NCBI RefSeq assembly: GCF_006345805.1
Contig: NC_043013.1
Coordinates: 25,234,001 to 25,298,000, forward strand
Source of the DNA: Octopus sinensis
Lineage: Eukaryota
Reading direction: 5' to 3'
DNA: 64,000 bases
Part shown: positions 50,425-63,868 of the stretch, piece after piece
Position numbering within the stretch: position 1 is the stretch's first letter
Layout: every line of letters starts with the position of its first letter
Made by a program: the position numbers and the translations under genes
Notes under the pieces: generated by a model
Database searches by the model: none
What the model was told of the DNA's origin: nothing
What the model saw: the letters and a program-made list of their open reading frames with translations, nothing else

Positions 50425-51612
50425 GTTGTACTCTTCATGTAGTTCTCACAGAATGTAACAAGGTTGCCTCTTTGAATCACAAGTACTATTTATTTTTACC
50501 AGCTGAGTGAAATAAAGTGTCTTGCTCAAGGATACAACACACCACCAAGAATTGAACTCAAGGCCTAACAATCATGAGCTGACCACCCTAACCACTCAGC
50601 CACTCACCTTCATTAATAAAAAGAATACTTAGCTGTAAAAACCATCATCACCTTTTAATGACCTCTTTTCCATGCTTGCATGGGTCAGATGGAATTTGTT
50701 GAGGTAGATTTTCTGCACATGAATGCTTTCCTGTTACCAACCCTCACCTGATTTCAGGTGATATTTTCCCAGGGCCAGACACCAGACATGATTTTACATA
50801 GGAAACTGGAAAATAACAGCATTGCTTGTATGACGATGATGTTCACTGATAACCGTCATATGATCTCAGGACAAGGGTACTCGCACATGCATGGGTGTAA
50901 ACACACACACGAATACATGGACATATACACAACAGGCTTCTTTCAGTTCCCATCTGCCAAATCTACTCACAAGGATTTGGTTGGCTTGGGGCTACATTAG
51001 CAGACACTTGTTCAAAGTGCCAAACACAGAATTGAACCCGAGATCACATGGTTGGGAAGTAAACTTCTTAAACATAGTCATATCTGCACTAATTATTTTC
51101 TCTAATAAAAAAACTCTCCTTTAGGCACTTGTGCTGGTGTCATGTAAAAAGCAGTCGACATGTGGGAACCACTCATGTCAGTGCCATGTAAAAGACATTT
51201 ATGTCCCTACTACAGAAAAAGCACCATACCAGCGCCGTATGAAAGACACTCATGCCGGCACCACAGAAGAATTACTCATACTAGCACCATGTAAAAACCA
51301 GGCAATACACTCTGTAAAGTGGTTGGTGTTTGGAAGGGAATCCAGCCATAGAACTTGTTGCAAAGCAGAGAATTGCAACCTGGACAGCTCTTCAGCTAGT
51401 CAGCACAGGTCAAACTGTCCAACTCATGCCAGTATGGAAACTGGAAGTTAAATGATGATGATGATGATAATAAAATAAGAAAAAAATTTATGTAAAAAGC
51501 AAAAAGAAACAATAATAACAGAAGAATAAAACTAAATCTATTAAAATGGTATCCTGCTTCATAATATGGTAATATTTTAGTTCTAAATCTAACATTCATC
51601 ATCATTGTTTAA

Positions 51613-51832
51613 CCCTTTCATTACCATATTTCTGTTGAGATGCTCTGTATTTCTTTTAATTATTTTAAATATAACAAAGAATTTAGTAAAATAACTTAGT
51701 TATCATTAAGCTACTGTTAGGAACATAAATTGTGACTTAAGTTTGGTGGAAGATTTTAATTCAAAACTTATGAAAAGAAAACATTTGTACTCAGAGCCAG
51801 AGTCGGTTTTGGCTGGGTTGGTAACGAAAGGG
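51613..51832 (-). mobile_element. piggyBac-like MITE family 1, inverted copy inserted into the TTAA of an RTE tail
   Basis: TTAA TSDs at 51609-51612 and 51833-51836; the host repeat resumes on both sides. Confidence 0.82.
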
Positions 51833-52168
51833 TTAACATCTGTTTTCCTTGCTGGCATGAATCGGATCAATTGACTGAGGACTGGCAAGCCAGAAGGCTG
51901 CACTAGGCTCCAATCTGATCTGGCAAGGTTTCTACAGCTCGATGCCTTTCTTAATGCCAAGCACTCTGAGAGTGTAGTGGGTGCTTTTTATGTGCCACTG
52001 GCATGGGGAGTCAATCAGGCAGTACTGGAATCGGCCATGCTTGAATGATGCTTTTTACGTGCCACATGCAGTTGTGCCAGTCAGGCAGCACTGGCATCGA
52101 CCATGCTCAATTGTTAACATATTACTAGTTTAAGTTATTAACTATGACCAAAACAAAAATGTACTTAC

Positions 52169-52238
52169 ACGATTCAATGGTATAATACATGTTAGCTTCT
52201 TTGATATTTCTTTTGTCCGTTCGGTCAACACTACGAGA
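52169..52238 (-). CDS. Nramp: Nramp exon, TM6-7 loop (SRSVDRTDKRNIKEANMYYTIES)
   Basis: 70 nt, acceptor ttctttttag, donor GTAAGT (phase 1); matches SR.V.R.....EAN.Y..IES. Confidence 0.93.
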
Positions 52239-52360
52239 CTAAAAAGAAAAACATGCAACATAATAATTAGAATCGTCAACATCATCATCATACACAAAAA
52301 CGTAAAACATAATATTGCAAGAACTAGCTAGGGAGCTGCTATAAGCATTAAGAGTTCTAT

Positions 52361-52593
52361 AGTGATAGTACCATGTAAAAAGCACTGGTGATGGTGCCAT
52401 ATAAAAAGCACTGGTGATGGTGCCATATAAAAAGCACTGGTGCTGTGCCTTATAAAAAGTACTGGTGATGGTGCCACATACAAAGCACTAATGATTGTGC
52501 CTTATAAAAAGCATTGGTGATGGTGCCATGTAAAAAGCACTGGCGATGGTGCCACATAAAAATCTCTGATGATGGTGCCTTATAAAAAGCACT
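52361..52593 (+). repeat. About 9 copies of a 26-bp unit (ggtgatggtgccatataaaaagcact) heading an RTE tail
   Basis: Read directly; similar arrays near 49330-49445, 51130-51300 and 57548-57620. Confidence 0.9.
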
Positions 52594-53814
52594 CAGTAAA
52601 TTCTGTAAAAGGGTTGGCGTTAGGAAGGATATCCAGCTGTAGAAACCATGCCAAAACAGACTACAGAAACTGGTGTAGCTCTTGGCCTTGCCAGCTCCTG
52701 TCAAACCATTCAACCCATGTCAGCATGGAAAATGGACATCAAATGACGATGATGACAGTTCCAACAAATTCTCTAACACCCATTTCTACAGGAAGACATA
52801 TCACCTCCAATCTATTACATAATATAGTTCATAAAAGTATACTGACTTGACTTCAATTAATCATCTAAGATTTCAACCAAAGAAATATTATCTGAGACAA
52901 GGAAAACTTAAGATTAATAAATATAAGAAATTAATTATTACATTATTTAACGTTTTGGCTGATATACCCTCCACCCTTCATCGGAGAAATATCGAATCTG
53001 GGTTCTCATTCCTAAGCTATTTTTTGATGTTATTATTATTACTATTCGGGCATATGGCATAACATCGAATAATACCTGAGGAATGAGAACCCAGATTTGA
53101 AATTTCCCCAAGACACTTGAAGGTTGGATGTTGTTTTAACAACAAATAAGATGAGGACAAATATCCGTCAAATGTAAATAATGTACATAATTCCTCATCT
53201 CTCAAATATAGAACTGAATTGATCATTAAATGCAATATTGTACTGATCTTGTGCTATGTGTTAAGCATAAAGGGTAAAGCAGATGTGCCAATGCTGAGCT
53301 GACGAGGTCTTTTATGTTGTGAAGAACCCCTTATGGAAACAAAAGAGGACAAATAAGATTCTATGAATGTGAAAGTATTTTAACTTGGCTTTTTAGTTTT
53401 ATTTCCCGAACCATCATTCATTGTAATAGTGTTGCATTTTCATGGTTAGCTCTAACAGTTCTATATGAAGTGATATAAAGTTTTAGAAAAGCAACATATA
53501 GTTAATGAATTCAAATCTGCTGGAGTACTTTTTTTTTTAATGCAATGGACAGTACATTCAAATTATATACTGATACAACATATATTTATAAATAAGTCAT
53601 GCATTTTAGTTGAGAAAAGATTAAGGGCTCTGGTGAAAGCACAGGGTGGCCATTTTGAATTGTAAATACATATAAAATATTGGTTTCAAATTTTATTAAA
53701 CCTGAAAGGGGATGAACGGCAAAGTCAATCCCAGCTGCATTTGAATTCAGAACATAAACAAGGATGAAATTCCATTGAGCATTTTGTCTGCCATGCGAAT
53801 GATTCTGCTAGTTT

Positions 53815-54310
53815 ACCATCATCATCATCATTTAACATCCATTGTCTATACTGGTATAGGTTGGATGGTTCGACCAAGACTGGCAAGCTGGAAGGCTGCA
53901 CCAGACTCCAGTCTGATTTGACAAGGTTTCTGAGAGTGTAATGGGTGCTTTTATGTGCCACCAGCATGGGTGCCAGTTACATCATACTGGTATCAGCCAT
54001 GACTACGATTTAACTTGGCTTGATGGGTCTTCTCAAAGGTCTTGGTCACTAATCATTGCCTCTGTAAGGTCCAAAGTTCAAAGATCATGCTTCACCACCC
54101 CGTCCCATGTCTTCCTGAGTCTACCTCTATCATAGCTTTTCCCATAGTTAGAGACTGGCACTTCTTTACACAGCTGTCCTCATCCATACCAGCACAGTCG
54201 TCTCTCTTGCACACCACATATGATGCCTCTTATGTCCAACTTTTCTGCCAAGAAGCTTACAGTGTGTCATACATGCACACTGACATTGCACATCTAGCAA
54301 AGCATACTGG
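53815..54310 (-). mobile_element. 5'-truncated RTE LINE
   Basis: Colinear with the 40417-41260 insert; (CAT)n at the left end. Confidence 0.7.
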
Positions 54311-56106
54311 ATTGATTTCTTTACCACTTTATCACATTAAATACATATAAAGTAATGTCAAATAACTATAATTACCAACCAATATACTTTCATTAATCAA
54401 AACTTAAAACTCTCTCTCTCTCTGGTCAGGTAACCTTGTACCTCCTCTTCAGAAAGAGCCCCTGTCTCTGTCTCTCTATCTCACTATAACCTTTCATTAT
54501 CTGACACAAAGATCACCTCCTCCAATTCCCCCTCCCCTCTCAAAAGATTTTTTGTCTTGCATGGTACTTGGTCACCCTACCAGTGCAGGTGCTACTTAAA
54601 AAACATCCAGTCCCCACTCTAAAATGGCTGGTATTTAGAAGGGCATCCAGCTGTAAAAACCTTGCCAAAACAATTACAGAAGTCTGGTGCAGGCTTCTGC
54701 CTTTCCAGCTCCTGTCAACCTGCCCCACCCATGCCAGCATGGAAGGTGGATGTTAAATGATGATGATGATGAAATGAATAATGAGTAAATATACATGCTG
54801 CACTTGAGACATTTTTATTTGCTTCAGTTATAAGACTGTGTCCATGCTGGGGCACTACATTGAAGCATTTTTAGTTGCATGAATCAACCCTAGATCTTTT
54901 CTTTTCTAAAAGCCTGGCACTTATTTTATCAGTCTCTTTTACTGAGCTGCCATACTACAGAGATGTAAACACACCAACACTGGCTGTCAAGCGGTGGTGG
55001 GGGACAAACACCGTCGCAAAGACACACACACACACACATATATAGTTCAAATTTACAGAAAAACAAAAGACAAAGACATGTGTAAGAAGAACAAACAGGT
55101 GCATTAGTTTAACACTTAGGGAGAATGGAAAAGTCTTTTACAGTGCTCTTTGACAGAAAGGATTGAGAAAAATAAAGGAGAGAGAATGAAAAAAAAGGGA
55201 GAGTTAAAAAAATGTTTAAGGATTAACAGTACAAAGTAGTGATATGATGGGCTTCTTTTAGTTTCCATTTACCAAATCCACTCACACGGCTTTGGTTGGC
55301 CTGAGCCTATAGGAGAAGACAGTTGTCCAAGGTGCCACACAGCCATGCTTGTGTCTGAAATATTAGCATTTATCTAATTTTACCAATGTTTATATTTAAA
55401 GGCATTCCAAATGTGATCATCCCATTTTGTTTTCAGATGCATCAGGTATATAAAAACCACCAGATGTGGCTGCGTGGTAAGAAGCTTGCTTCCCAACCAC
55501 ATGGTTCCAGTCTCAGTCCTACTGCATGGCACCTTGTGCAAGGGTTTTCTACTATATTCTCGGACTGACCAAAGCTTTGTAAGTTGATTTGGTAAACAGA
55601 AACTAAAAGAAGTCTGTTATATATGTGCATGCACGTGTGTGTGTGTGTGTTTGCCCACTACCACTGCTTGTTGCCAGTTTATTTTACATCCCCATGACTT
55701 AGCAGTTTGGCATAAAAAACCCACAGAGTAGGTGGCATTCCTTAAGGAAAAAGTACTGGGGTTGATTTGTTTGACTGGAAACAGATAAAAGACAAAAGAT
55801 CCTATGTGTCCTGTTTTTTTGCTCAAACAAGAAACAAAATGAGATTAGTGTGATATGAGGAAGATTTGGTTGCTATTTCTAGTGGGTTGAGAAATCTTGC
55901 AGAGAGCTTCTCTTGCATCCTTATTACAATGTTGGTTAAGGCAGCAAGCAGGCAGAATCGTTAGCACGCTGGGCAAAATCTGCTGAGATCACCTTTGCCG
56001 TTCATCCTTTCAGGGTTGATAAAATAAGTACCAGTTGAATACTGGGGTTGATATCATTGACTTACCTCTGACCTCTGAACTTGCTGGTTAAATGAAGAGG
56101 AGTTAA

Positions 56107-56420
56107 GGTGCATGGCTTAGTGGTTAGGGCATTCGACTCATGATCGTAAGGTCATCAGTTCGATTTCCAGTGGTGTGTTGTGTCCTTGAGCAAGGCACTT
56201 TATTTCACATTGCTCCAGTCCACTCAGCTGGCAAAAATGAGTAGTACCTGTATTTCAAAGGGGCCAGCCTTGTCACTCTGTGTCACGCTGAATCTCCTTG
56301 AGAATTACGTGAAGGGGTACGCATGTCTGTGGAGTGCTCAGCCACTTGCACAGTAATCTCATGAGTAAGCTGTTCCGTTGAGTGGATCAAATGGAACCCA
56401 TGACGTAGTAAGTAATGGAG
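56107..56420 (+). mobile_element. tRNA-headed SINE family C; other copies about 2500-2700(-), 26738-26975, 33330-33595(-), 50058-50610(-)
   Basis: Head ggcttagtggttagg...gttcgatt followed by gtgtccttgagcaaggcac...ttgctccagtccactcagctggcaaaaatgag, shared among copies. Confidence 0.7.
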
Positions 56421-56556
56421 TGTCTTTTAAATGAAGGTGAATGGATAAGAAAATAATGAGAAACGAAGCTTTGAATAAAATGATTTACGTAACTAAGCTT
56501 AAATCTGAACTGAAGACATTTGGAAGTAAAATATTTTCAGAATTGAATTTACTTAC

Positions 56557-56712
56557 CAAAACGAGAGCACTGTGAAGATATATATTATGAGGCATCACAA
56601 CAGCTCCAATAATGCCAGCCATTTGTTGAATACCATCTCTGCTACAGTCTTTACACCACGGAATGGCTAAACCTTTCATGATTTCTACAAAGTCTGGCTT
56701 GATAATAATGAA
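56557..56712 (-). CDS. Nramp: Nramp exon with TM6 (FIIIKPDFVEIMKGLAIPWCKDCSRDGIQQMAGIIGAVVMPHNIYLHSALVL)
   Basis: Contains the metal-site MPHN.YLHS signature; acceptor ctttttcag, donor GTAAGT, 156 nt. Confidence 0.96.
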
Positions 56713-56824
56713 CTGAAAAAGAGTTTGTAAAATAAAAGCAACAGGACATACTCTCTCTCCATCATACATCTGTTCGTATATCGTACACAGTATTTTGTGG
56801 TGTAGATTTGGCATCAGTCTAAAA

Positions 56825-57346
56825 CAGGGGTCACCAAACTATGGCCTATGGGCTGGATCCAGATCAGTGAGATCAGTTCATCCAGCCAGCCAGCCACTGC
56901 ACAGTACCTTTTGTGCAAGTATCTGCAATGAGAGTTTATTTGCCCCTGGTATGGCATCAGTGTTTGGAACCACTTATGTTTGTGAGCAAACATTTTCAAT
57001 AATGAAGAATGTTAAGTCAGCACATAAAACGAAGCTGACTGATGAACATTTGAAAGCAATTCTCTTGGTTGGATGCAGCAATTCCAAAGCAAATATTGAT
57101 ATCTTAAAAACTAAACACCAGTTTCAGAAATCTCACTAATCTTTTTATTCGGATATGTGCGCGCTGGGTGTGATATAACTATCTTATTGCTAATGTTGCT
57201 TCCTTTGATATCTTTCCAGTAAATAAATATGGTTATTTATATTTTTTGTATATTCACAGTATTGTATTGAACGAGATGGTTATGTGGTCCACACTCATCA
57301 TTCTCTCAGTTATCTGGCCTGCTGTGAAAAATGTTTGGTGACCTTG
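56825..57346 (+). mobile_element. hAT (Charlie/SPIN-like) deletion derivative retaining the C-terminal dimerisation domain
   Basis: TIRs caggggtcaccaaa / tttggtgaccttg with a perfect 8-bp TSD gtctaaaa; peptide FGTTYVCEQTFSIMKNVKSAHKTKLTDEHL. Confidence 0.9.
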
Positions 57347-57629
57347 GTCTAAAAGATGAATAATATCACATAGAAGCATTATCTTACATAAGCTGGATGG
57401 ATACAGAGTTTGTTTGGTTATCATGTTATCTTAAGTTCTATCTTACAGCATTGTACCTTGGGCAAGTGTTTTCTATTGTAGCTTCAGACTAATCGATGCA
57501 CTGTGCATGAAATTGTTAAACAGAAACTGTATGGAAACCTATTATGTGCCATATAAAAGGCACTGGTGACGGTTCCACATAAAAAAACACTGGTGACGGT
57601 GGCTTGTGAAAAGCACTCAACTGTGTTGG

Positions 57630-58198
57630 TATGGTCATGTGATACATATGAATGAGGACAACTGTGTAAAGAAGTGCTGATCTTTAACTATGGAAGGAAC
57701 ATGTGGAAGAGGGAGATCCAGGAAGACGGTGGTGGAGCATGATCTTCAGTTGTTGGGTCTCACAGAAGGCAATGACAACTGAATGAAACCATGAGGATAG
57801 TGCCAGTGACACATAAAAGGCACCCTTGCTGGTGACATGTAAAAGGCACCCACTACACTTTTGGAGTAGTTAGCAATTGGAAGGGCATCCAGCCATAGAA
57901 ACCAATCCAAAATCAGGCTGGAGCACGGCACAGCTCTCTGAGTTTCCAGTTCCAGTCAAACTGAGTAACCCATGCCAGTATGGAAAGCGGATGCTAATGA
58001 TGATGATGATGATGGTGCCATGTAAAAAGCATCAAGTACATTCTGTAAAGTGGTTGGTGTTAGGAAGGGCATCCAGCTGTAGAAACCATGTCAAAACAGA
58101 CAACAGAACCTGGTACAGTTCTCCAGCTTTGCCAGCTTCAGTCAAATCATCCAACTCATGCCAGCATGGAAAAGAGACATTAAATGATGATGATGATG
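57630..58198 (+). mobile_element. RTE LINE 3' end plus a second tandem tail
   Basis: Decayed C-terminal RT sequence running into the ggaagggcatccagc...gatgatgat tail, which occurs twice. Confidence 0.65.
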
Positions 58199-59792
58199 TA
58201 TATAAAGCGTTCAGATACCAAAGGAGTGCAGGTGCCCCTCAAAGGCTCTGGACAGTATCTGAATCCCATGACTATAGAGCAGGACAGGGAGAACCAGAGA
58301 CCTAAAGACATGGACCTTTGTCCTCCTACACAGGTATCAGCAGTGCCAAACATCCTTATTCAATGAGTCCACAACGACACCAGCCTCATCCAAGTCTTTT
58401 TAGGGCTTCAGACTTTCAGCTATGAATTCCACTAAGTCAATTTCAAAACATCCAACCATTTAGATTAGTAAAGGACATATTGATAATACATCACCATCAT
58501 TGTTGTTTAACATCCACTTTCCATGCTAGCATGGGTTGAACGGTTTGACTGAGGACTGGTGAGCCAGATGGCTGTACCAGGCTCCAATCTGATCTGGCAA
58601 GGTTTCTACAGCTGGATGCCCTTCCTAATGCCAAGCACTCAGAGTGTAGTGGGTGCTTTTTTTAATACCACTGGCATGAGGGCCAGTCAGGTGGCATTGG
58701 CAACGACTATGCTTGAATGGTGCTTTTTTATGTGCCACTCTAAAAAAACAATGGAATAGCCATGGCTGAAATTACATTGATCATAGATCTGCATGATCAT
58801 AATTGACCTAGGGTTAAAGAACAACAGAAACAGCAGCTAAAGCTACAGCCAGTGTCCACTCTTTAAGTGCATCCGATCTCACCAGCTATGGAGGGCCTGT
58901 GAAAGGTTATTGACATTGCCAACCCCTTTTCTAGTAACTTATCAATAAAAGATATCAGCTGATCTATTTTGATAAAGAGTAAACAACAATACTTTAAAAC
59001 TGTGCTGAAAAAAACTTTTCTTTTCTTCCTGTTTGATCATCGTTGCTGTTGTTGTTATTACTGTCATGTTGCAGTCAGTTGTACTGAAGCAGTTAAATGA
59101 TATATGCAGTGAAGATAATACAAACTTGAGAGCATACTTAAATAACACAGAGTTCTGCATGAAGTAGGTGAGTCAGGGAGAACTGCAGTTGTCAGATAAG
59201 GTTATCTGAAATATGTAATATAGCACCCAAGGCAAGTTACAATTGTCTGACTGTCCATTCTATTTTCATGTAAACAGAAGCTGTAACTGTCAAGATTATG
59301 TCAATATTTGACAGGGACAGAACTAGAAACCTAGTTAAAGATCTGTGTTAACCTGAATTAGATTGAAAGGCAAACAGGTGAGAGCATTGCAATAAGAAGA
59401 GCATCCAGCTGAATAGAATCTGCCTCAATGAGTTTCATTTGACCCATGTTGTCTTTGGTGGCGCTGCAGTTGTCACCATCATCATCATCTAATGTCTGTT
59501 TTCCATGCCAGCATGGCTTGGACAGTTTGGCACAAGCTAGCATGCTGGATAGCTGTACCAGACTCTATTTGTCTGTTTTGGCAAGGTTCCTATGACTGCA
59601 TGCCTATCCTAATGCCAACCACTTCACAGAATGTACCAGATGCTTTTTATGTGTTTTCAGCACTAGTGTTTTATACATGGCACCCACATGGATGCTTTTC
59701 ATGTAGCACCAGTGCTTTTTGCATGGCATCGTAGTCATTAAAATAGTGAAGGGGCAAGAATAAGAATAGGGTGGAAAAAGTCCAAGAAGCTA

Positions 59793-61063
59793 TTAGGTTG
59801 TTCCGAAAATAATGGCTGTTCTAATTGTTGTGTTTTGAAATGCAATTTTACCATATTATTTTAATTATATTTTACGTGAATTTTGGCTTACTTAATAATT
59901 GATGTATGTTCTTTAATAATTTTCTACTTATTTCAGACAGAAAACATTCTTGAAGCATAGGCGCCCTTAATTATGAAATTGACAAAAAAGGACCATCGCT
60001 TACTTTTCTTGCATGAGTTCAAGCTTGGGCACAATGCCTCCCAAACTGCTGCCAATATCAACAGAGCGTGGGGAGAGGGGTCCACAAGCGATCACACAGT
60101 ATGAAGGTGGTTTCAGAAATTCTGTAGTAGTGATGAGAGCCTTGAAGATGAAGAAGGTAGAGGATGGTAACGCAGTCTTGACAATGAACAATTGAAAGCA
60201 ATTGTTGAACAAAACCCACATCAAAGTGTTAAAGAAATGTCTCAGGTACTTGGTGTCAGTATTGCAATGGTCTCATGCAATTTGAAGAAGATTGGTACAG
60301 TGAAAAAGCTTGATAAATGAGTACCGCATGAGCTCAATGAAAATCAAAAAGTTCAGCATTTTGAAGTGTGCTCAATGCTCTTTCTGTGAAACACCAATGA
60401 TCCTTTTCTTGACCAAATAGTCACTTGAGACAAAAAGTGGATTCTTTAAGATAACCGTAAATGATCAGGTCAATGGCTTGATCGTGATGAGTCCTCCAAA
60501 TATTTCCCAAAGCCAAAATTGCATCAGCAAAAGATTATGATGACTGTCTGGTTGTCTGCAATAGGTATTGTCCATTACAGGTTTCTGGAAGCCAATCAGA
60601 ACATTACAGCAGAAATTTACTGCAATCAACTCACTGAAATACATGCTCACTTGCAAAAATTGAGATCTGCATTGGTGAATCGGTGTGGCCCAATTCTACT
60701 CCACAGTAATGCAAAGCCATATGTGGCAAGAATGATGCTGCAGAAACTCACAGACATGGGATATGAGACTTTACCACATTGTTCGTATTCTCCTGATCTT
60801 TCACCCACTGACCACCATTTTTTAAAGCATTTAAACACTTTTTTAAGTGAGAAAATTTTCAGGTCCAAACCAGAGGTGTAATCAGCTTTCAAAGATTTAG
60901 GATCAAAGCCAATCAACAAGGCATAATTGATCTCGTTAATTGATGGCAGAGATGCATAGATGTTTACAGTTCATACTTTGACTAATTAAAGCATTTCTAG
61001 TGATAATTTTTCCAGAATAAATTTATGTTTCTGAAATTGGCCATTATTTTTGGAACAACCTAA
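59793..61063 (+). mobile_element. Full-length, heavily decayed mariner (Hsmar1/cecropia-like) in an Nramp intron
   Basis: TIRs ttaggttgttccgaaaataatggc / gccattatttttggaacaacctaa with TA on both sides; transposase remnants (LFLHEFKLGHNA, VPHEL, YSPDLSPTDHHF) with many stops. Confidence 0.93.
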
Positions 61064-63868
61064 TATTTCTTCTGCAAGTAAGGGGATACTCTCTCTCTCT
61101 CTCTCTCAAAGATGGGTTGATTGTATGATGCTGCATGTTAGTGAGATATGGGCATTGAATGCAGAGGATGTGCGAAGGTTGGAAAGAAACTAAGCATAGT
61201 TCACCAGATTTGTAATGTTTGTGAAGCATTAATGACAAGGCACAGATGACTGAGAGGAAAATTGAGTATAAGAAGAATCAATCGTAGTTAGGAAGAATGA
61301 TGACAGGTGGGTAATGAAGTGCCAGGAGATTTGTGTGGAAGATGTACCTGCCAGACATTCCAGCTACCCCTGGCTCTTGTGCCGGTGGCATGTAAAAAGC
61401 ACCCACTACACTCTCAGAGTGGTTGGTGTTAGGAAGGGTATCCAGCTGTAGAAACATTGCCAGATCAGATTGGAGTCTGGTGCAGCTACTGCTTCTCCAG
61501 ACCTCAGTCAAACCATCCAACCTATGCCAGCATGGAAAACAGACATTAAATGATGATGATGATGATGATGATGATCTGGTATCAGAAGAAGACCAAGGGA
61601 GAAAGTGGTGAAGGCTGAGGAAGGTAATACCTCAAAAAAGAGGAATGGCGTGTTTGAAAGAAATCACCCAACCCATGTAGGTATAGAAGAATGGATGTAA
61701 AAATGATGATGATGACAACAATGGTGGCGATGAGTCTAGATGTGAAGCAGAAATGAATGTTCCAAATGATGATCTTCATCTGAAAAGAGGCAACAAAAAT
61801 GTGGAGGACTGCATGTATAAAACTTTGACAGCATCCAAAGAGGTATGATGATGAAAATCCTTTGTGTTAATATCCATTAAAGTAAATTGCAAATGCTGTC
61901 ATTTTATTTGATGAAGATTAAACAATTAAACAAGCTCATCTCTTTCATTGTCGTTTTAATCCCCCTCCTTTCCATGCTTGTGTGGGTCAGATGGAGTTTT
62001 GAGGCATATTTTCTACAGTTGGATGCTCTTCCTGTCACCAAACCTCACCTGTATCCAAATAAGGTGATATTTCCCCATGGCCAGATATGTTTCCAAAGAA
62101 TATTGGAAATGAATGACACTGCTTGTATGACAGTGATACTCCTTTACATCCTTCAAGTGATGTCAAGACAAGGATGGGGGTACACACACACTGAAATTCT
62201 TTCTGTTTCCACCTACCAAATTTATTCACATAGCTTTGGTCATCTTGGGACTATAGTAGAAAGTGACCAAGGTGCCACACAATGAAAGTGAAACTATTGG
62301 AGACAAATTAGAAGTTAGCTTGAGACACACAAATAGAAGTAGATATGTCCTATCAAAGGCAGTGATTAACTTAATGTTCATTGATGATATTGGGTTATAT
62401 CAGGAGAAATATATAAAACACAAGAAGTGTTAGGGAGGGAAACCAAGGAATTTAGTCTCTTCATTAATAATAAGAAAATGCAACTGATGTAATTAATTCA
62501 TAATGAGCGAGATCTAGTGATCATTAACTCAAAATCTAGACTGCAACTAAAAGTCATTGATATTTTCAAATATTTTTGGCTGTCACTGCCGTCATTGTCG
62601 TTTAGTGTCTGTTTTCCATGCTGGCACAGATTGGATAGTTTGACTGAGGTCTGGAGAGCCAGCGGCTGCACCAGGTTCCAATCTGATCTGGCAGTGTTTC
62701 TACAGCTGGATGCCCTTCCTAATGCCAACCACTCCGAGAGTGTAGTTGGTGCTTTTTACATGCCACCGGCACATGAGCCAGCCAGGGGATAGCTGAAATG
62801 TTTAGCAGGAATAAAAAAAAAATGTAAGAACAACAATTGCGAGGTAAGTATGTCCTAAACTGTCAAAAACCTAGAAGTTGTTCTTGAAGAAAAGTATTAA
62901 GATCAGACTCTTGCCAATAACAATGTAATTTCACACAAACACACACAGATGCTACAAAAACAACTAAATAGAATATACACCTACAATTAACATCATCATC
63001 ACCATCACCAATTAAAATCCGTTTTCTGTGTTGACATGGGTCAACAGAAGCTGGCAAGCCAGAGGACTGTGCCAAGCTCCACTGTCTGCTTTTCCTAACA
63101 CCAACCACTTCACAGAGTGTACTGGGTGATCTTCATATAGCACCAGCACCAGTGAGGACACCCATTACCTTGTAAGACAAAGACCCCTCAACTGAGAGGG
63201 GTGGTGGTGGTATTGAGGGAGGTGGCTTTGTGCCAGATGATGAAGTGGGGACAGAAACAGGTGACTTGCTGCAGTGGAGATACACGGCTATGGACTGAGG
63301 CAAGAGTTGAAGATGTGTTTGTTTGGTCTGACTAATAGATCAGCTGAAATGAGATGATGTATATACACAGCCAAAGTTCATTTTGTGACCTTAAACTCCA
63401 TACTACTCTCTCTTTATCTAAATTTTATACATGTAGCCAATCAAAATACGTCCTCTGACAAACAATCCTACTTGAAATATTTTTTATTCCAAACTTGAGG
63501 CTACATCTGGTTATAAATCAAGCAAAATTAAATTATACATATTTAATTTAAACCTTCAGAAATATGACTTGCATAGTTTCCTTCTATTAAATGTTGCCTT
63601 AATTTAATCTATAGACTAGCATGACTTTCAATTGGCTATGCTGGTGCCACATATAAAGCACTGGTGTCACATAAGAAGCAGCCAGTACAGTCTGGTGTTA
63701 GGAAGAGCATCCAGCATAGAAAACATGCCTAAAAAGATAACTGGAGCCTGAAGCAACTTTTACGCTTGCCAGCTCCTGTCACACCATCCAATCCATGCCA
63801 GCATGGAAAATACATGTTAAATAATGATAACGATGATGATGATGATGCTCAAATAAAATGTAACATAC

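Noticed and set aside
52361-52593. 26-bp repeat array as a possible CRISPR or coding repeat
   Set aside because: No unique spacers; it is the VNTR of an RTE tail.
56107-56180. tRNA-like sequences here and at other SINE heads
   Set aside because: They have A/B boxes but no complete cloverleaf, and each continues into a SINE body.
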